The notes under the pieces: model-generated
Told to the model about the DNA's origin: nothing
The model's input: only the letters and a program-made list of their open reading frames with translations
The model's database searches: none
Assembly (NCBI GenBank): GCA_035221665.1
Contig: CM069154.1
Coordinates: 6,076,001 to 6,140,000 of the forward strand
DNA from: Okamejei kenojei
Lineage: Eukaryota
DNA length: 64,000 nucleotides
Direction of reading: 5' to 3'
Program-made: the position numbers and the translations under genes
Part shown: positions 24,890 through 39,880 of the stretch, piece by piece
Position numbering within the stretch: the stretch's first letter is position 1
Layout of the letters: each line of letters begins with the position of its first letter

Positions 24890-27800
24890 ATGATGATTTT
24901 TTTGATGATGAAAGTAGGAAAATGAACAAGAGAGAGCCAGTGGATGTAGTGTACCTGGACTAGACAGGAAACAAAGAGTAGGGATTAACAGGTCCTTTTC
25001 AGAATGGCAGGCAGTGACTAGTGGGGTACCGCAAGGCTCGGTGCTGGGACCGCAGCTATTTACAATATACATCAATGATTTGGATAAAGGCATTCAAAGT
25101 AACTTTAGCAACTTTGCAGATGACACAAAGCTGGGTGTCAGTGTGAACTGTGAGGAGGATGCTATGAGAAGGCATGGTGACATGGATAGGTTGGGGGAGT
25201 GGGCAGATGCATGGCAGATGAAGTTTAATGCAGATAAATGTGAAGTTATCCACTTCGGTAGCAAAAACAGAAAGGCTGATTACTATCTAAATTACATCAA
25301 GTTGGGAAAAAGGGAAGTACAACGGGATCTGAGGGATCCTTGTACATCAGTCTATGAAAGTAAGCATGCAGGCACAGCAGGCAGTGAAGAAAGCGAATGG
25401 AATGTTGGCCTTTATAACAAGAGGAATTGAATATAGGAGCAAAGAGGTCCTTCAGCAGTTGTACAGAGCCCAAGTGAGACCACATCTGGAGTAATGTGTG
25501 CCGTTTTGGTCCCCTAATTTGAGGAAGGACATTCTTGCTATTGAGATCGGGATGCTATCGGGATATCCCCGATGTTGGGGAAGTCCAGGACAAGGGGTCA
25601 CAGTTTAAGGATAAGGGGGAAGTCTTTTAGGACCGAAATGAGAAAATCGTTTTACACACAGAGAGTGGTGAATCTGTGGAATTCTCTGCCACAGAAGGTA
25701 GTTGAGGCCAGTTCGTTGGCCATAGGGATCAGTGGGTATGGAGAGAAGGCAGGTACAGGATACAGAGTTGGATGATCAGCCATGATCATTTTGAATGGCG
25801 GTGCAGGCTCGAAGGGCCGAATGGCCTGCTCCTGCACCTAATTTCTATGTTTCTATGTTTCTATGAGGGAGTGCAGCATAGGTTTACAAGGTTAATTCCC
25901 GGGATGGCGGGACTGTCATATGCTGAGAGAATGGAGCAGCTGGGCTTCTACACTCTGGACTTTAGAAGGATGAGAGGACACCTCATTGAAACATATAATA
26001 TTGTTAAGGGTTTGGATACGCTAGAGGCAGGAAACATGTTCCCGATGTTGGGGGAGTCCAGAACCAGGGGCCAAAGTTTAAGGAGAAAACCATTTAGAAC
26101 GGAGATGAGCAAACACTTTTTCTCACGTAGAGTAGTGAGTCTCTGGAATTCTCTGCCTCAAAGGGCGGTGGAGGTGCGTTCTCTGGATGCTTTCAAGAGA
26201 GAGCTAGATAGGGCTCTTAAAACTAGTTGAGTCAGGGGATATGGGGAGAAGGCAGGAACGGGGTACTAATTGGGATGATCAGCCATGATCACATTGAATG
26301 GCGGTGCTGGCTCAAAGGGCCGAATGGCCTAATCTTGCACCTATTGTCTATTGTCTATTGTCTATTGATTATGATTATGTTTAAGAAGGAACTGCAGATG
26401 CTGGAAAAAATCGAAAGTAGACAAAAAAATCCAGGAGATTATGATTATGATCATTTGCATTTCTAGTGCTGGGGCAATTTTCCAACACAATTTACATGAA
26501 GATAGTTGAGTTGAATTTAAGTGCAGTTTACCGAGGTACAGTGAAATTTTGTTGTTCTGTGCTAACCAGTCAGTGGAAAGACAATGCATGATTACAATTG
26601 ATCCATCCACAGTGTACAGGTACATGACAAAGGGAATGACGTGAATAAGGTTTATATACAGACAGTGGAGTACAATCAAAGATAGTGAGAGGGTCTCCAA
26701 TGCAATAGATAGTAGTTCAGGACTGCGCACGAGTAAAGACTGCGCACGAGGATGGCTCAGTAACAGCTCGGAAGAAGTTGTCCCTGAATCTGTAGGTGTG
26801 CGTTTTTACACTTCGTTACATTTTGCCCAACCGGAGAAGGACCCTGAAATTTCACCCATCTTTTTTTCTCCAGAAATGCTGCCTGACCCGCTAGGTTACT
26901 CCAGCAGTTCGTGTCTATCTTCGGAATATACCACCATTTGCAGTTCCTTTCTATGATGTTTGTATGCAAATTAGGAAAAGGGGAGATGCAACGAGACCCG
27001 GGTGTCATGGTACACCAATCATTGAAAGTAGGCATGCAGGTGCAGCAGGCTGTGAATAAAGCAAATGGTGTGTTAGCATTTGGAAGTGAAAGGATTTGAG
27101 TATAGGAGCAGGGAGGTTCTACTGCAGTTGTACAGGGTTTTGGTGAGACCACAGTATTGCGTACAGTTTTGGTCTCCAAATCTGAGAAAAGACATTCTTG
27201 CAATAGAGGGAGTACAGAGAAGGTTCACCAGACTGATTCCTGGGATGTCAGGACTTTCATATGAGGAAAGACTGGATAGACCTGGCTTGTACTTGCTAGA
27301 ATTTAGAAGACTGAGGGGGGATCTTATAGAAACTTACAAAATTCTTAAGGGGTTGGATAGGCTAGATGCAGGAAGATTGTTCCCGATGTTGGGAAGGTCC
27401 AGAACAAGGGGTCACAGTCTAAGGATAAGGGGGAATTCCTTCAGGACCGAGATGAGGAAAACATTTTTCACACCGAGAGTGGTGAGTCTCTGGAATTCTC
27501 TGCCACAGAAGGTCGTCGAGGCCAGTTCATTGGCTATATTTAAGAGGGAGTTAGATGTGGCCATTGTGGCTAAAGGGATCAGGGGGTATGGAGAGAAGGC
27601 AGGTACAGGATACTGAGTTGGATGATCAGCCATGATCATATTGAATGGCGGTGCAGGCTTGAAGGGCCAAATGGCCTACTCCTGCACCTATTTTCTATGT
27701 TTCTATGTTTATATACTATTAAACTTTTCAGGCTCACTTGACTTAGGAGATTAGTGGGCAAAATTGTGGCACATGGTATTGGGGGTAGACTGCTGACATG

Positions 27801-28892
27801 GATAGAGAAGTAGTTGCCAGACAGGAAACAAAGAGTTGGGATTAACGGGTCCCTTTCAGAATGGCAGGCAGTGACTAGTGGGGTACCGCAAGGCTCGGTG
27901 CTGAGACCGCTGCTATTTACAATATACATCAATGATTTGGATGAAGGGATTCAAAGTAACATTACCAAATTTGCAGATGACACAAAGCTGGGTGGCAGTG
28001 TGAACTGTGAGGAGGATGCTTCGAGAATGCAGGGTGACTTGGACAGGTTGCTGGAGCTGGCAGTTGCATGGCAGATGAAGTGAAATGCAGATAACTTTGA
28101 GGTTATCCATTTTGGTAGCAAAAACAGGAAGGCAGATTCCTATCTTAATGGCGTCAAGTTTGGAAAAGGTGAAGTACAATGGGATCTGGGGGTCCTTGTA
28201 CATCAGTCTAAGAAAGTAAGCATGCAGGTACAGCAGGCAGTGAAGAAAGCAAATGGCATGTTGGCCTTTATAACAAGAGGAATAGAATATAAGAGCAAAG
28301 AGGTCCTTCTTCAGTTGTATAGAGCCCTAGTGAGACCACGCCTGGAGTATTGTGTGCAGCTTTGTTCCCCTAATTTGAGGAAGGACATTCTTGCTATTGA
28401 GGGAGTGCAGCGTAGGTTTACAAGGTTAATTCCGGGGATGGCGGGACTGTCATATGCTGACAGAATGGAGCAGCTGGCCTTATACATACTGGAGTTTAGG
28501 AGGATGAGTGGGGATCTCATTGAAACATACAAGATTGTTAAGGGCTTGGACACGCTAGAGGCAGGAAACATGTTCCCGATGTTGGGGGAGTCCAGAACCA
28601 GGGGCCACAGTTTAAGAATAAGTAAGCCATTTAGAAAGGAGACGAGGAAACTCTTTTTTTCTCACAGATAGTGTGAGAATTCTCTGCCTCAGAGGGCGAT
28701 GGAGGCAGGTTCTCTGGATGCTTTCAAGAGAGAGCTAGATAGGGCTCTTGAAAATAGCTGAGTCAGGGGATATGGGGAAAAGGCAGGAACGGGGTACTGA
28801 TTGGGGATTATCAGCCATGATCACATTGAATGGTGGTGCTGGCTCGAAGGGCCAAATGGCCTACTTCTGCACCTATTGTCTATGGTCTATTG
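24890..28892 (+). mobile_element. Duplicated CR1 cluster, with an extra nested CR1 3' fragment at ~25546-25865
   Basis: Paralogous to 16945-20795; same CR1 RT motifs and tails. Confidence 0.9.
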
Positions 28893-31800
28893 ACTTGCGA
28901 GCGCTTTTATCGCCGATACGAGCAGAGATTTTAACAGTATTTACTATTTTATAACTTTTCAAGAAAATTAACATCGGTTTTTTTTTTTGTTAACAAATAC
29001 TTGATATAATTTAAGCACTTAAAGTTCAGACTGATTCAGATGGCTCCCTGTGGTTTTCCTCCCAGTCTTACCGCTGTCGACTTCCTCCTCCAAGCAGCAC
29101 CAGTAAATTTAGATTTGAGTTACAACTGGATGACTGATACAGACACACACTGTGACAGAACGAAAACAGGCCCTTCGGCCCACCGAGTCTGTGGTAATAG
29201 GGAGAACGTACAAACTCCACACAGACAGTACCCGAGTTCAGCATCGAACCTGCGTCTCTGATGCTGCACTGCTACCGTTCTATCACTGCGCCACTGTGCT
29301 TCCTCAGTTAATCAAAATATATATATTTAAAATCAGATTTATGAATGGCCACTATTCCTGATACTTTCTTTAAAACTGAACACAAAGTACTGGAGTAATT
29401 CAGCGGGTCAGGCCGAGAGGATATGGGTAGAGCAATGTTTTGGGTCGGACCCGCTGAGTTACTCCATCCAGTACTTTGTGTGAACGCAAGATTCTATCAT
29501 CTACAGGCCCTTGTTTCTCCACTAGTTTTTTGTTGTTGTAAATTCCGGGTTTATTTCATAGCCAGAAGTTCAACTCTTCGTCTGTTGTGATCGGATTTGA
29601 ACGCATAATCAATTGTGGGATCACTCGCGCAGAAATCAATGCCAGGCCGTTATTTATAATTGATTTAATTTCTTAATTTTTGATTAATTCTGGCGTCCTC
29701 CATTTATGTTGAATCAGATTTGGAGAAGTATCCAGACGTGAAATGTCTGAGATGCTGAGTTCCTCAATTAACTTGTTTGCTGATGAACATTAAATAAACT
29801 GCACCGCACCAAGTCACAACTCAGTTATTTTCCATGACCTTGACTAATCGTAACATTTCGCCTGGAATAAAATGGTGCACAATACAATAATAAATCCCTG
29901 TTGTCACCAAACCAGTAGCTTCAAATCCAAAACTGCATTCTTTTTAATCTGTCAAGTTTATGTCTTCCTTTCTTGAATTAACAATAATTATTTTCTACTT
30001 TATCAATTCCTATCCAACAACTTCCCCATTTCATCTTTTTCTGTGTTCCTCTCGGTGTTCCTCTCAGCGCGCCTGCAACATTCTGTAAGAAACACGCAGC
30101 TAGGTTGAGTCATTGGAAATCAGCACCTGGAATAATGATGGAACAGTGTATCTTTAGACCCACAGAGGGGCACAACTTATACAGGTACGGTTATTTTCCT
30201 CTTCTAATTATTATGTGGAATGATGATCTATCAATACCACAAAAATAAATTACAAGCACTATTCCTGATCCATAATTGGGCCCTTTACCACTCTTGGACT
30301 GTGCGTTGCATTTGTCTTATGTGATTGTTCGATATCTTTGATATAAATGCAATTTATAGGCCTAGAGGTGAAACATTTGGACAATCACATTAATTCCACA
30401 GATTAACTACCCTCTGACTAAAGAGGTTCCTCCTCACCTCCTTTCTAACAGAGCACCGTTTAATTCTGAGGCTATAACCTCAGATCCTAGACTCTCTCAC
30501 CAATGGAAACATCCTTTCCACATCCACTCTATGCTTTTCATTATTCTGTAAGTTTCAATGAGGTTCCCCCTCAACCTTCTAAACTCTAACGAGCACAGGC
30601 ACAGTGCTGTCAAACGCTGACCATAAAGAATGTGTAAAGATATCAGAGTCCATTTAACCACGAGAGTGCCAACATGATGCTCACTGACAAGATTTAACTA
30701 ATACTCAAGATTTGTCTCCCAGCTCTTACTTCTAAAGTCTAACAAGCCCTGTATAAAGATTCATAGAACAGGAAGAAGGCAGCAGGAAGGTTGATCATGA
30801 GACTAGGCTGAGCCTGCACAAAACATCTGGCCGGAAGCGTTTCAAATTTCTGTTTCCTCAAGAAAATTGACGTGTGTCTGATAGGAATACGCAAATTCAG
30901 TAAAGAAATGTCAATGCAGTCAATAAATAGAGGAATATATTTGACCGTTTACTGCAAAATACAATTATGAGTTAAAATCTTGGCAGAAATGGATAACGAC
31001 AATCCAAGTGAGGGGCTTATACTGAATGGTGAAATGAGGAACAACATGTTCTCAGTTACTCAGAAACAGGAATGTGGAAGAAATCAGAAGGAAGCTAGAT
31101 TGTGCACCACCGTGAGCTTGTTGTTAGAGACTGACCTTCAGAGTTTGCATTTCACAATGTGTAATTGACAATTAAAAAAAACATGTTTTTCATATTTTGA
31201 TGGGTGGCACAGTGGTGCAACTCGCAGAGCTAGTTACAGAGGAGAGAGACCTGGGTTCGATCTGGCCATGGGTCCTGTCTGTGTGGAGTTTGCACGTTCT
31301 CTGTGTGACCGCGTTGGTTTTCCCCGGATCTTCCAGTTTCCTGCTACATCCAAAAGACTTGCGTGTTTGTAAACTAATTGCCATCTGTAAATTGCCCTGC
31401 GTGTGAAGCAAAGTGAGTAGACACTTGTGTTTGAACGTGTGATAAATGGTCGGCGCGGACAGATTGGGCGGAAAGACTTGCCTCCATGCTACATCTCTGA
31501 ACGAATCATCCAATAATATAACATAATGCAATAATGTAGATTTGAGACACAGGTGAAGCGGGCAATCACTTCAAATACCCTCAATTCCGTAGACATTGCC
31601 AATCCGGATGACACCTTAATCCTACTTCATTCATCTTCCTGTCAGTCAATTAAAGTTGGATTCCTTTTTGTTCGTTGAGTGCAACGGAGAGGACTTTAGA
31701 GTCATAGAGTGATAGAGTGTGGAAACAGGCCCTTTGGCCTAACTTGCTCACACCGTCCAACATGTCCCAGCTACTCTAGTCCTACCTGCCTGTGTTTGGC

Positions 31801-32229
31801 CCATATCCCTCCAAACCTGTTCTCGCAATGTATCTATCCAACGATTTCTTAAACGTTAGAATAGTCCCTGCCTCAACTACCTCCTCTGGCTGCTTGTTCA
31901 CTATCCTTTGTTTGAGAATGTTACCCCTCAGATTCCTTTTGAACCCCTTCCCCCGTCACATTAAACATATTCAAATTTCAAATTTAATGTGTAATATTTC
32001 ATCTGCCACTGTCACGTTTCCTGTTGCATTCTTCCAAGTTTATAATGCATTAATATCTGAGGTCTTAAGAAATAATTTAGGTCTGAGGACAAAAAGCTGA
32101 ACAACAAGCTTTGGCATGGTCGCTGTTGATAAAACCATATGGATACTGATACTTCTCATTAGTTACCTGCCCGGTGAGTGACCGTCAAAGTTGGATATTC
32201 CAATAATCAGTGTTAGTTTGGGTCTCATT

Positions 32230-33800
32230 CATATAACCATGTAACCATATAACAATATAACAATTACAGCACGGAAACAGGCCCTCTCGGCCCTTCCAGT
32301 CCGTGCCGAACATTTATTTTCCCCTAGTCCCATCTACCTGCACTCAGACCATACCCCTCCATTCCCTTCCCATCCATATACCTATCCACTTTACTTTTAA
32401 ATGTTAAAATCGATCCTGCCTCCATCACATCTGCTGGAAGCTTATTCCACACAGCCACCACTCTCTGAGTAAAGAAGTTCCCCCTCACGTTACCCCTAAA
32501 CTTCTGCCCTTTAATTCTCATGTCATGCCCTCTTGTTTGAAACTTCCCTACCCTCAATGGGAAAAGTTTATCCACGTCAACTCTGTCTATCCCTTTCATA
32601 ATTTTAAAGACCTCGATCAAGTCCCCCCTTAACCTTCTGGGCTCCAAAGAATAAAGACCTAACTTGTTCAACCTTTCTCTGTAACTTAGTTGCTGGAACC
32701 CAGTCAACATTCTAGTAAATCTCCTCTGTACTCTCTCTATTTTGTTGACATCCTTCCTATAATTAGGTGACCAAAATTGTACACCATACTCCAGAATTGG
32801 TCTCACCAATGCCTTGTACAATTTTAACATTACTTCCCTACTCCTATATTCAATGCTCTGATTTATAAAGGCCAGCACACCAAAAGCTTTCTTTACCACC
32901 CTATCTACATGCGATTCCACCTTCAGGAAACTATGCACAGTTATTCCTAGATCCCTCTGTTCCACAGCATTCCTCAAATCGCTACCATTTACCATGTACA
33001 TCCTATTTTGATTTGTCCTGCCAAGATGTAGCACCTCACACTTATCAGCATTAAACTCCATCTGCCATCTTTCAGCCCACTCTTCCAAATGGCCCAAATC
33101 TCTCTGTAGACTTTGAAAATCTACTTCATTATCCACAACACCACCTATCTTAGTACCATATGCATACTTACTTATCCAATTTTCCACCCCATCATCCAGA
33201 TCATTGATGTACATGACAAAAAACAATGGACCCAACACAGATCCCTGAGACACCCCACTGGTCACTGGCTTCCAACCTGACAAACAGCCATCCACCATTC
33301 CTCTCTGGCATCTCCCATTCAGCCACTGTTGAATCCATCTTGCTACTCTGCCATTAACACCCAAAGATTGAACCTTCTTAACCAACCTTCCATGGGGAAC
33401 CTTGTCAAAGGCCTCACTGAAATCCATATAGACAACATCCACTGCTTTACCCTCATCAATTTCCCTAGTAATCTCTTCAAAAAATTCAAGAAGGTTTGTC
33501 AAACATGACCTTCCAGGCACAAATCCATGTTGACTGTTCTTGATCAGACCCTGTTAATCCAGATGCTTATATATATATATATATATATCTCTAAGTATCC
33601 TTTCCATTAATTTGCCCACCACTGATATCAGACTAACACGTCTATAATTGCTAGGTTTATTCTTTGAACCCTTTTTAAACAATGGAACAATATGCGCAGT
33701 ACGTAAATCTTCCGACACTATTCCCGTTTCTAATGACATTTGAAATATTTCTGTCATAGCCCCTGCTATTTCTACACTAACTTCCCTCAATGTCCTAGGC
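32230..33800 (-). mobile_element. CR1 LINE, (ATATGGTT)n tail family
   Basis: 398-aa open RT frame at 32324-33520; same family as 5207-6458; empty site at ~42250 in copy 3. Confidence 0.93.
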
Positions 33801-34674
33801 TTTAAGCCTCGCGTGCTGCATTCTGTGTTACGCATATGATCTCCCCTACCCATTCTTATAACATAATTTCTGTCCCGGGCCTCCTCCAGTGGCAGAGTGA
33901 GGTCACATGCAAACTCGAGGAACAGCACTATATATTCCACTTGCGTAACTTACAACTCAATAGTTTGCACATCCAATTCTCAAAATTCAAGTAACAAACA
34001 CCTATCGCCCCTCTCTTCCCTATGTTTCACACTCCATCCTGATGCACATGAAGTTCTTCTATCATCTCCTACTCCTACCCCCTTTACCATGCTTATTTAC
34101 CCTCCTTGATGAAGTCATCTCCTCTCCTTGGGATCCCCATTTCACTTTAATCCCCCAATTTCCCCTCCTCTCTTGTCAATTCCACCTCTATCCCAACCCC
34201 TTGGGTTGACATCTCACTATTCTTATTTGCCTACTCTGAACCTCTTTTCACATCTTCCATTGTAACTTATTTCATCCATCTGCCAATCAAGAACCCTGCC
34301 AATGTTATCCATCTATCACTTGCCAGGCTATTTTCCCATCCCTTTGCCTCGTCCAGCTTCTTCCAAAATGACGCAACATGACGCTGTCTCTCCACGCGTG
34401 TGCAGTGGGCCCGGGCAGGTTCAGATTTCCATTTGCACTCCACACAATCACCTCGATGCCTCGTGTCCACCAAATATGCTAGGTTTCAGCTCCAGGTAAG
34501 TAGTGGAATATTGCGTTGCGGGAGTACCCGTTTCTCCTGGCGGGGGGTGGGGGTGCTGTGGTGTCTGCAGAGTCGGAGCCTCGCTGCATGGGAGGGAGAG
34601 AGGGGGGGAGGGGAAGAGAGAGAGGGAAAGGGGAGGGGAAGAGAGAGAGGGAGGGAAAAAGAGAGGGGGAGAGG

Positions 34675-35200
34675 GATTCTTGCCATAGAGGGGGTTCAGA
34701 GAAGGTTCACCAGACAGATTCCTGGGATGTCAGGACTTTCATATGAAGAAAGACTGGATAGACTCGGCTTGTACTCACTGGAGTTTAGAAGATTGAGTGG
34801 GGATCTTATAGAAACACACAAAATTCTTAAGGGGTTGGACAAGCTAGATGCAGGAAGATTGTTCCCGATGTTGGGGAGGTCCAGAACAAGGGGGTCACAG
34901 TCTAAGGATCAGGGGGAATTCCTTTAGGACCGAGATGCGGAAAACATTCTTTACACAGAGAGTGGTGAGTCTCTGGAATTCTCTGCCACTGAAGGTCGTT
35001 GAGGCCAGTTCATTGGCTATATTCAAGAGGGAGTTGGATGTGGCTCTTGTGGCTTAAGGGGATCAGATGGTATGGAGAGAAGGCAGGTACGGGATACTAA
35101 GTTGGATGATCAGCCATGATCATATTGAATGGCGGTGCAGGCTCGAAGGGCCGAATGGCCTGCTCCTGCACCTATTTTTCTATGTTTCTATGTTTCTATG
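34675..35200 (+). mobile_element. CR1 3' fragment, (TTTCTATG)n tail
   Basis: [13 protein letters not shown]..., preceded by a GA-rich low-complexity tract at 34590-34675. Confidence 0.88.
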
Positions 35201-38200
35201 AAAGGGGTATTATCTTTAGTGAGATCGCAAAGTTAAGGTAGGTTTTAGAGCAATTATATTTTCTCCTCCATAAGAATAATATCAAACAATTGGAACCATT
35301 TTCTTTTCCTTGATAACAATACTGAAAAATATGAATTCCATAGTTTGCAACTTTCATTTTGCATCATATTTTTAATGTGCACACACGAACATAGTCGAAC
35401 AGTAACAGGCAATCAAATCCACACAAAACAGTTTCTAAAAAATGGTTTTATTTACTGCAAAAACTTACAGTATATTATTTGCATGCTCCTTTATAACATT
35501 TTACATAACATGTTACAGTACAACTTGATTATAAAAACAAGCTTTTGATTTAAAAAAATGTATACAATAATTTGACCCTAATCATCCCATTCCAACCATT
35601 CATTATTCATGATTCAACCAAAATTATTTCTGAAATATTGGTCATAAAATTGGTGCAAAAATGCTCCAAAAATAACGCTCAGAATGCACCAGAGAGCATC
35701 TAAAACCCCAGAGCAAGGTCATTCAGCTTCGCACTTGTGATATGCGCTGTGTTCACTTATTTCACACAATTTTTTTGTAATGCTGCCACGCCACCACCCT
35801 TTTTCAAAAGCTTCATACGTGTATAATATTTTTGACTGTCATTGGCCTTTCTTACATACGCTGTCACAACACACAGTAGGCTCTAAACAACACTGCAGTA
35901 ATTTTTCTTGCCCTCCATTTCAGAATAATAGTGTTTTAAGCTGATAACTCGACACTTGCACTGACACTAGCAGCTTTCCAGCCCTTATCTCATTGGCCAC
36001 GCTCGGCTGCACATCGGTGTCAATCTGGTGGACTCTTCCATCTTCCTCTCATCGTGGGGGGTGGGGGATTGGGAGGGGCCTCACAAATGGAATAGCCTAG
36101 GGGCCTCTCTTCACCTAAATCCGGCCCTTCTCGATATTTGTAATATGAATGGGGAAGAAGGAAGCAGGAAGCTGGTTTGTGAAACCGCAGTACGCCAGAA
36201 ATTAAAATATCACACGTCGGCACTTGACGTCCTCCCAGCTAAATTTTTACAAATTTAGCTCTTTGCATTTCCATTATATGTCGGAAATAATTCAATTTGG
36301 TTTAGTTTAGATATGCAGCTGGACACAGGGCATTCGGCCCAGCAAGTCCACGCCGACCAGCGATCCCCCGCGCATTGCACACACTTTGTGTGCCGGGCTT
36401 GCTTCAGGTGCGATAATTTATGCGCCTTGTAACAAGGTTAGGGCATGTTCAGCCTCGGCTGGAAAGATCCAACATATTCGCAGTTACCCAATTACAACAA
36501 GAGTAGGCAGTTGTGTTTCGATGTTTCCCCGCTGATACAGTCGGCTGCTAGTCACATGTAAACCAATACAAGTCTTCTCCCATTGTAATAGGTCTCGACC
36601 ATGACAACAAGCTCCGCCAGCTCTCCAGGTTGTGCCCATACATGGTGAAAGTCTCCCCACCAAACATGCAGCCAGTGTCAGGGGTGGTGGACATGATCTC
36701 GTGCAAGAGACTGCTTACGGGGCAAACCGCCTTCAACCCCACATTGATATTAATTAAAGGAAGCAAAAAGAAAAGAAATTGCTGAACGAACAGAGAAGGC
36801 CAGACAGCAGCTGTGAAGAGAAATGGACAGATTACTTTTTGGTTCGTAGTCCTTCTTGAAGAGGAAGGGTTATGACCCGAAATGTGTTCCACCCATTTCA
36901 CTCATAGATGTTACCTGACCCGCATAGTTACCCTTTTTTCCCCTCAGGATTTTAACTTATTTGGCCTCTTGTGTCTCTTGCGAAATAAACAGGACCGCAA
37001 GACATGGGACCATAAATAGGGCATTCGGCCCATCGAGTCTGCTCCGCCATTCGATCATGGCCGATCGATTTTTTCCTTCTTAACCCCATTTTGCTGCTTT
37101 CTCCCCATAGCCCCTGGGCTAATCAATAATTTATCAATATCCGCCTTAACAATACCCAATGACTTGGCCCCCACCGCCATCTGTGACATTGAATTCCACA
37201 GGTTCACCATGCTCTAGCTAAAGAAATTCCTCCTCATCTCCATTCTAAAAAGAGTTTCATTATTCGGAGGCTGTGTCCCCTGGTCCTAGACTCTCCCACT
37301 TGTGGAAACATCCTCTCCACATCCACTCTATCCAGGCCTTTCACTATTCGGAAATTTCCAATAAGATCAATTGTTCAAATCTCCAACGAGTGCAGGCCCA
37401 GTGCTGACAAAATGTTATACTCCCCACATCCATTCCATTTAGGCCTCGACACTCGCGTCTGTCCGCTGGTTTGGGGGCCACCTCCATTCATACCTTGCAC
37501 AGTCTGGGCAAGTAGGGTTTCCCAAGGTCGGGCTGATCTACAGATTGTGAGGAGATGCCGCACCATCCCAGACCAAGCGGGACGCCCCAGTGCGGGTGGA
37601 AATTCACCACAGTGGAAGAGCCGGGAAAAAAAAACCTGGCTGATTGCAGACCACAGACTTTAACTGACTGTGTGTTTCGACACTTCCTCAATTGTCAACA
37701 ACAAATTTAGCTTTGACCATGGACATCATTTGCTGCGACTGTATGGCATTATGATTATGATTATGTTTAAGAAGGAACTGTAGATGCTGGAAAAATCGAA
37801 AGTAGACAAAAAAATGCAGGAGATTATGATTATGATCATTTACATTTCTGGTGCTGGGGGCAAATTTCCAACACAATTTACATGAAGATAGTTGAGTTTA
37901 ATTTGAGTGCAGTTTACCGAGGTACAGTCAGCGGAAAGACAATGCATGATTACAATCGAGCCATCCACAGTGTACAGGTACATGGCAAAGGGAATTACGT
38001 GAATAACGTTAGATACAGCCAATGATGTCCAATCAAGGATAGTGAGAGGGTGTCCAATGCGATAGATTGTAGTTCAGGACTGCTCACGAGTCGTGGTAGT
38101 ATAGCACGGTATCAGCTTGGAAGATGTTGTCCCTGAATCTGGAGGCGTGCGTTTTTACACTTCTTTACATTTTGCCCAACCGAAGAAGGACCCTGAAATT

Positions 38201-39277
38201 TCACCCATCTTTTTTTCTCCAGAAATGCTGCCTGACCCGCTAAGTTACTCCAGCAGTTTGTGTAAATCTTCGGAATATACCAGCACTTGCAGTTCCTTTC
38301 TGTGATCTTTGTATGACTTTACTTTTAAACTTTTCAAGCTCGCGTGCGCTTTTATCGCCCATTCCAGCAGACATCTTAACAGTATTTACTATTTTATAAC
38401 TTTTCCAGAAAAAGAACATAGTTTTTTTTTGTTAACAAATACTTGGTATAATTTAAGCACTTAAAGTTCAGACTGATTCAGATGGCTCCCTGTGGTTTTC
38501 CGCCCAGGCTTACTGCTGTCGACTTCTTGGTCTCAGCAGCACTAGTACATTTAGATTTGAGTAACACCTGGGTGACTGATACAGATACACACTGATACAG
38601 AGTGGAAACAGGCCCTTCAGCCCACCGAGACTGTGGTAATAGGGTGAACGTACAAACTCCACACAGACTGTACCCGAGTTCATGATCGAAACTGCATCTC
38701 TGGCGCTGCACGGTTACCGCTCTATCACTGCGCGCTGTGCTTCCTCAGTTAATCAAAATATATATATATTTAAATTCATGGCCGTTGTTCTTAATACCAT
38801 CTTTTAAATTGAACACAAAGTACTGGAGTAATTCAGCGGGTCAGGCCTAGAGGATATGCGTATAGCAACGTTTCGGTTGGACCCGCTGGGTTAATCCATC
38901 CATTACTTTGTGTGAACGCAAGATTCTATCATCTACAGGGCCTTATTTCTCCTCTAGTATTTTTAGTTGTAAATTTCGGATTTAATTCATAGCCAGAATT
39001 TCAAATCTTCTTCTGTTGTGGTGGGATTTGAACCAATAATCAATTGTGGGATCACTCGTGCAGAAATCAATGCCAAGCCGTTATTTCTAATTTATTTAAT
39101 TTCTTAATTTGTTCATTAGTTCTGGTGTCCGCCATTTATGTTGAATCAGATTTGGAGAAGTATCCAGACGCGAAATGCCTGAGACGCTGAGTTCCTCAAT
39201 TAACTTGTTTGCTGATGAACATTAAATAAACTGCACCGCACCAAGTCACAATTTTCCATGACGTTGACTGATTGTAT

Positions 39278-39880
39278 CATAGAAACATAGAAATTAGGTG
39301 CAGGAGCAGGCCATTCGGCCCTTCGAGCCTGCACCGCCATTCAATATGATCATGGCTGATCATCCAACTCAGTATCCTGTAGCTGCCTTCTCTCCATACT
39401 CCCTGATCCCTTCAGCCACAAGGGCCACATCCAACTCCCTCTTAAATATGGCCTGGCCTCAACTACCTTCAGTGGCAGAGAATTCCACAGATTCACCACT
39501 CTCTGTGTGAAAAACGATTTTCTCATCTCGGTCCTAAAAGACTTCCCCCTTATCCTTAAATTGTGACCCCTTGTCCTGGACTTCGCCAACATCCGGAACA
39601 ATATTCCTGCATCTAGCCTGTCCAACCCCTCAAGAATTTTATAAGTTCTCTATGAGATCACCACTCAATCTTCTAAATTCCAGCGAGTACAAGCCAAGTC
39701 TATCCAGTCTTTCTTCATATGGAAGTCGTGCCATCCCAGGAATCAGTCTGGTGAACCTTCTCTGTACTCCCTCTATGGCAAGAATGTCTTTCCTCAGATT
39801 AGGAGACCAAAACTGTACGCAATACTCCAGGTGTGGCCTCACCAAGACCCTGTACAACTGCAGTAGAACCTCCCTGCTCT
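39278..39880 (-). mobile_element. CR1 3' fragment, (TTTCTATG)n tail
   Basis: [19 protein letters not shown]...; tail at 39278-39293. Confidence 0.88.

Larger units (their letters stand above)
23265..34360 (+). repeat. Segmental duplication, copy 2 (contains exon 1)
   Basis: 23265-30390 matches copy 1; ~24220-34360 matches the more diverged copy 3. Confidence 0.9.

Noticed and set aside
34440-34505. Strong + strand donor CAG|GTAAGT as exon 1 of the 58438 paralog
   Set aside because: The upstream sequence does not encode a signal peptide in phase 1. No leader exon for the paralog was found.
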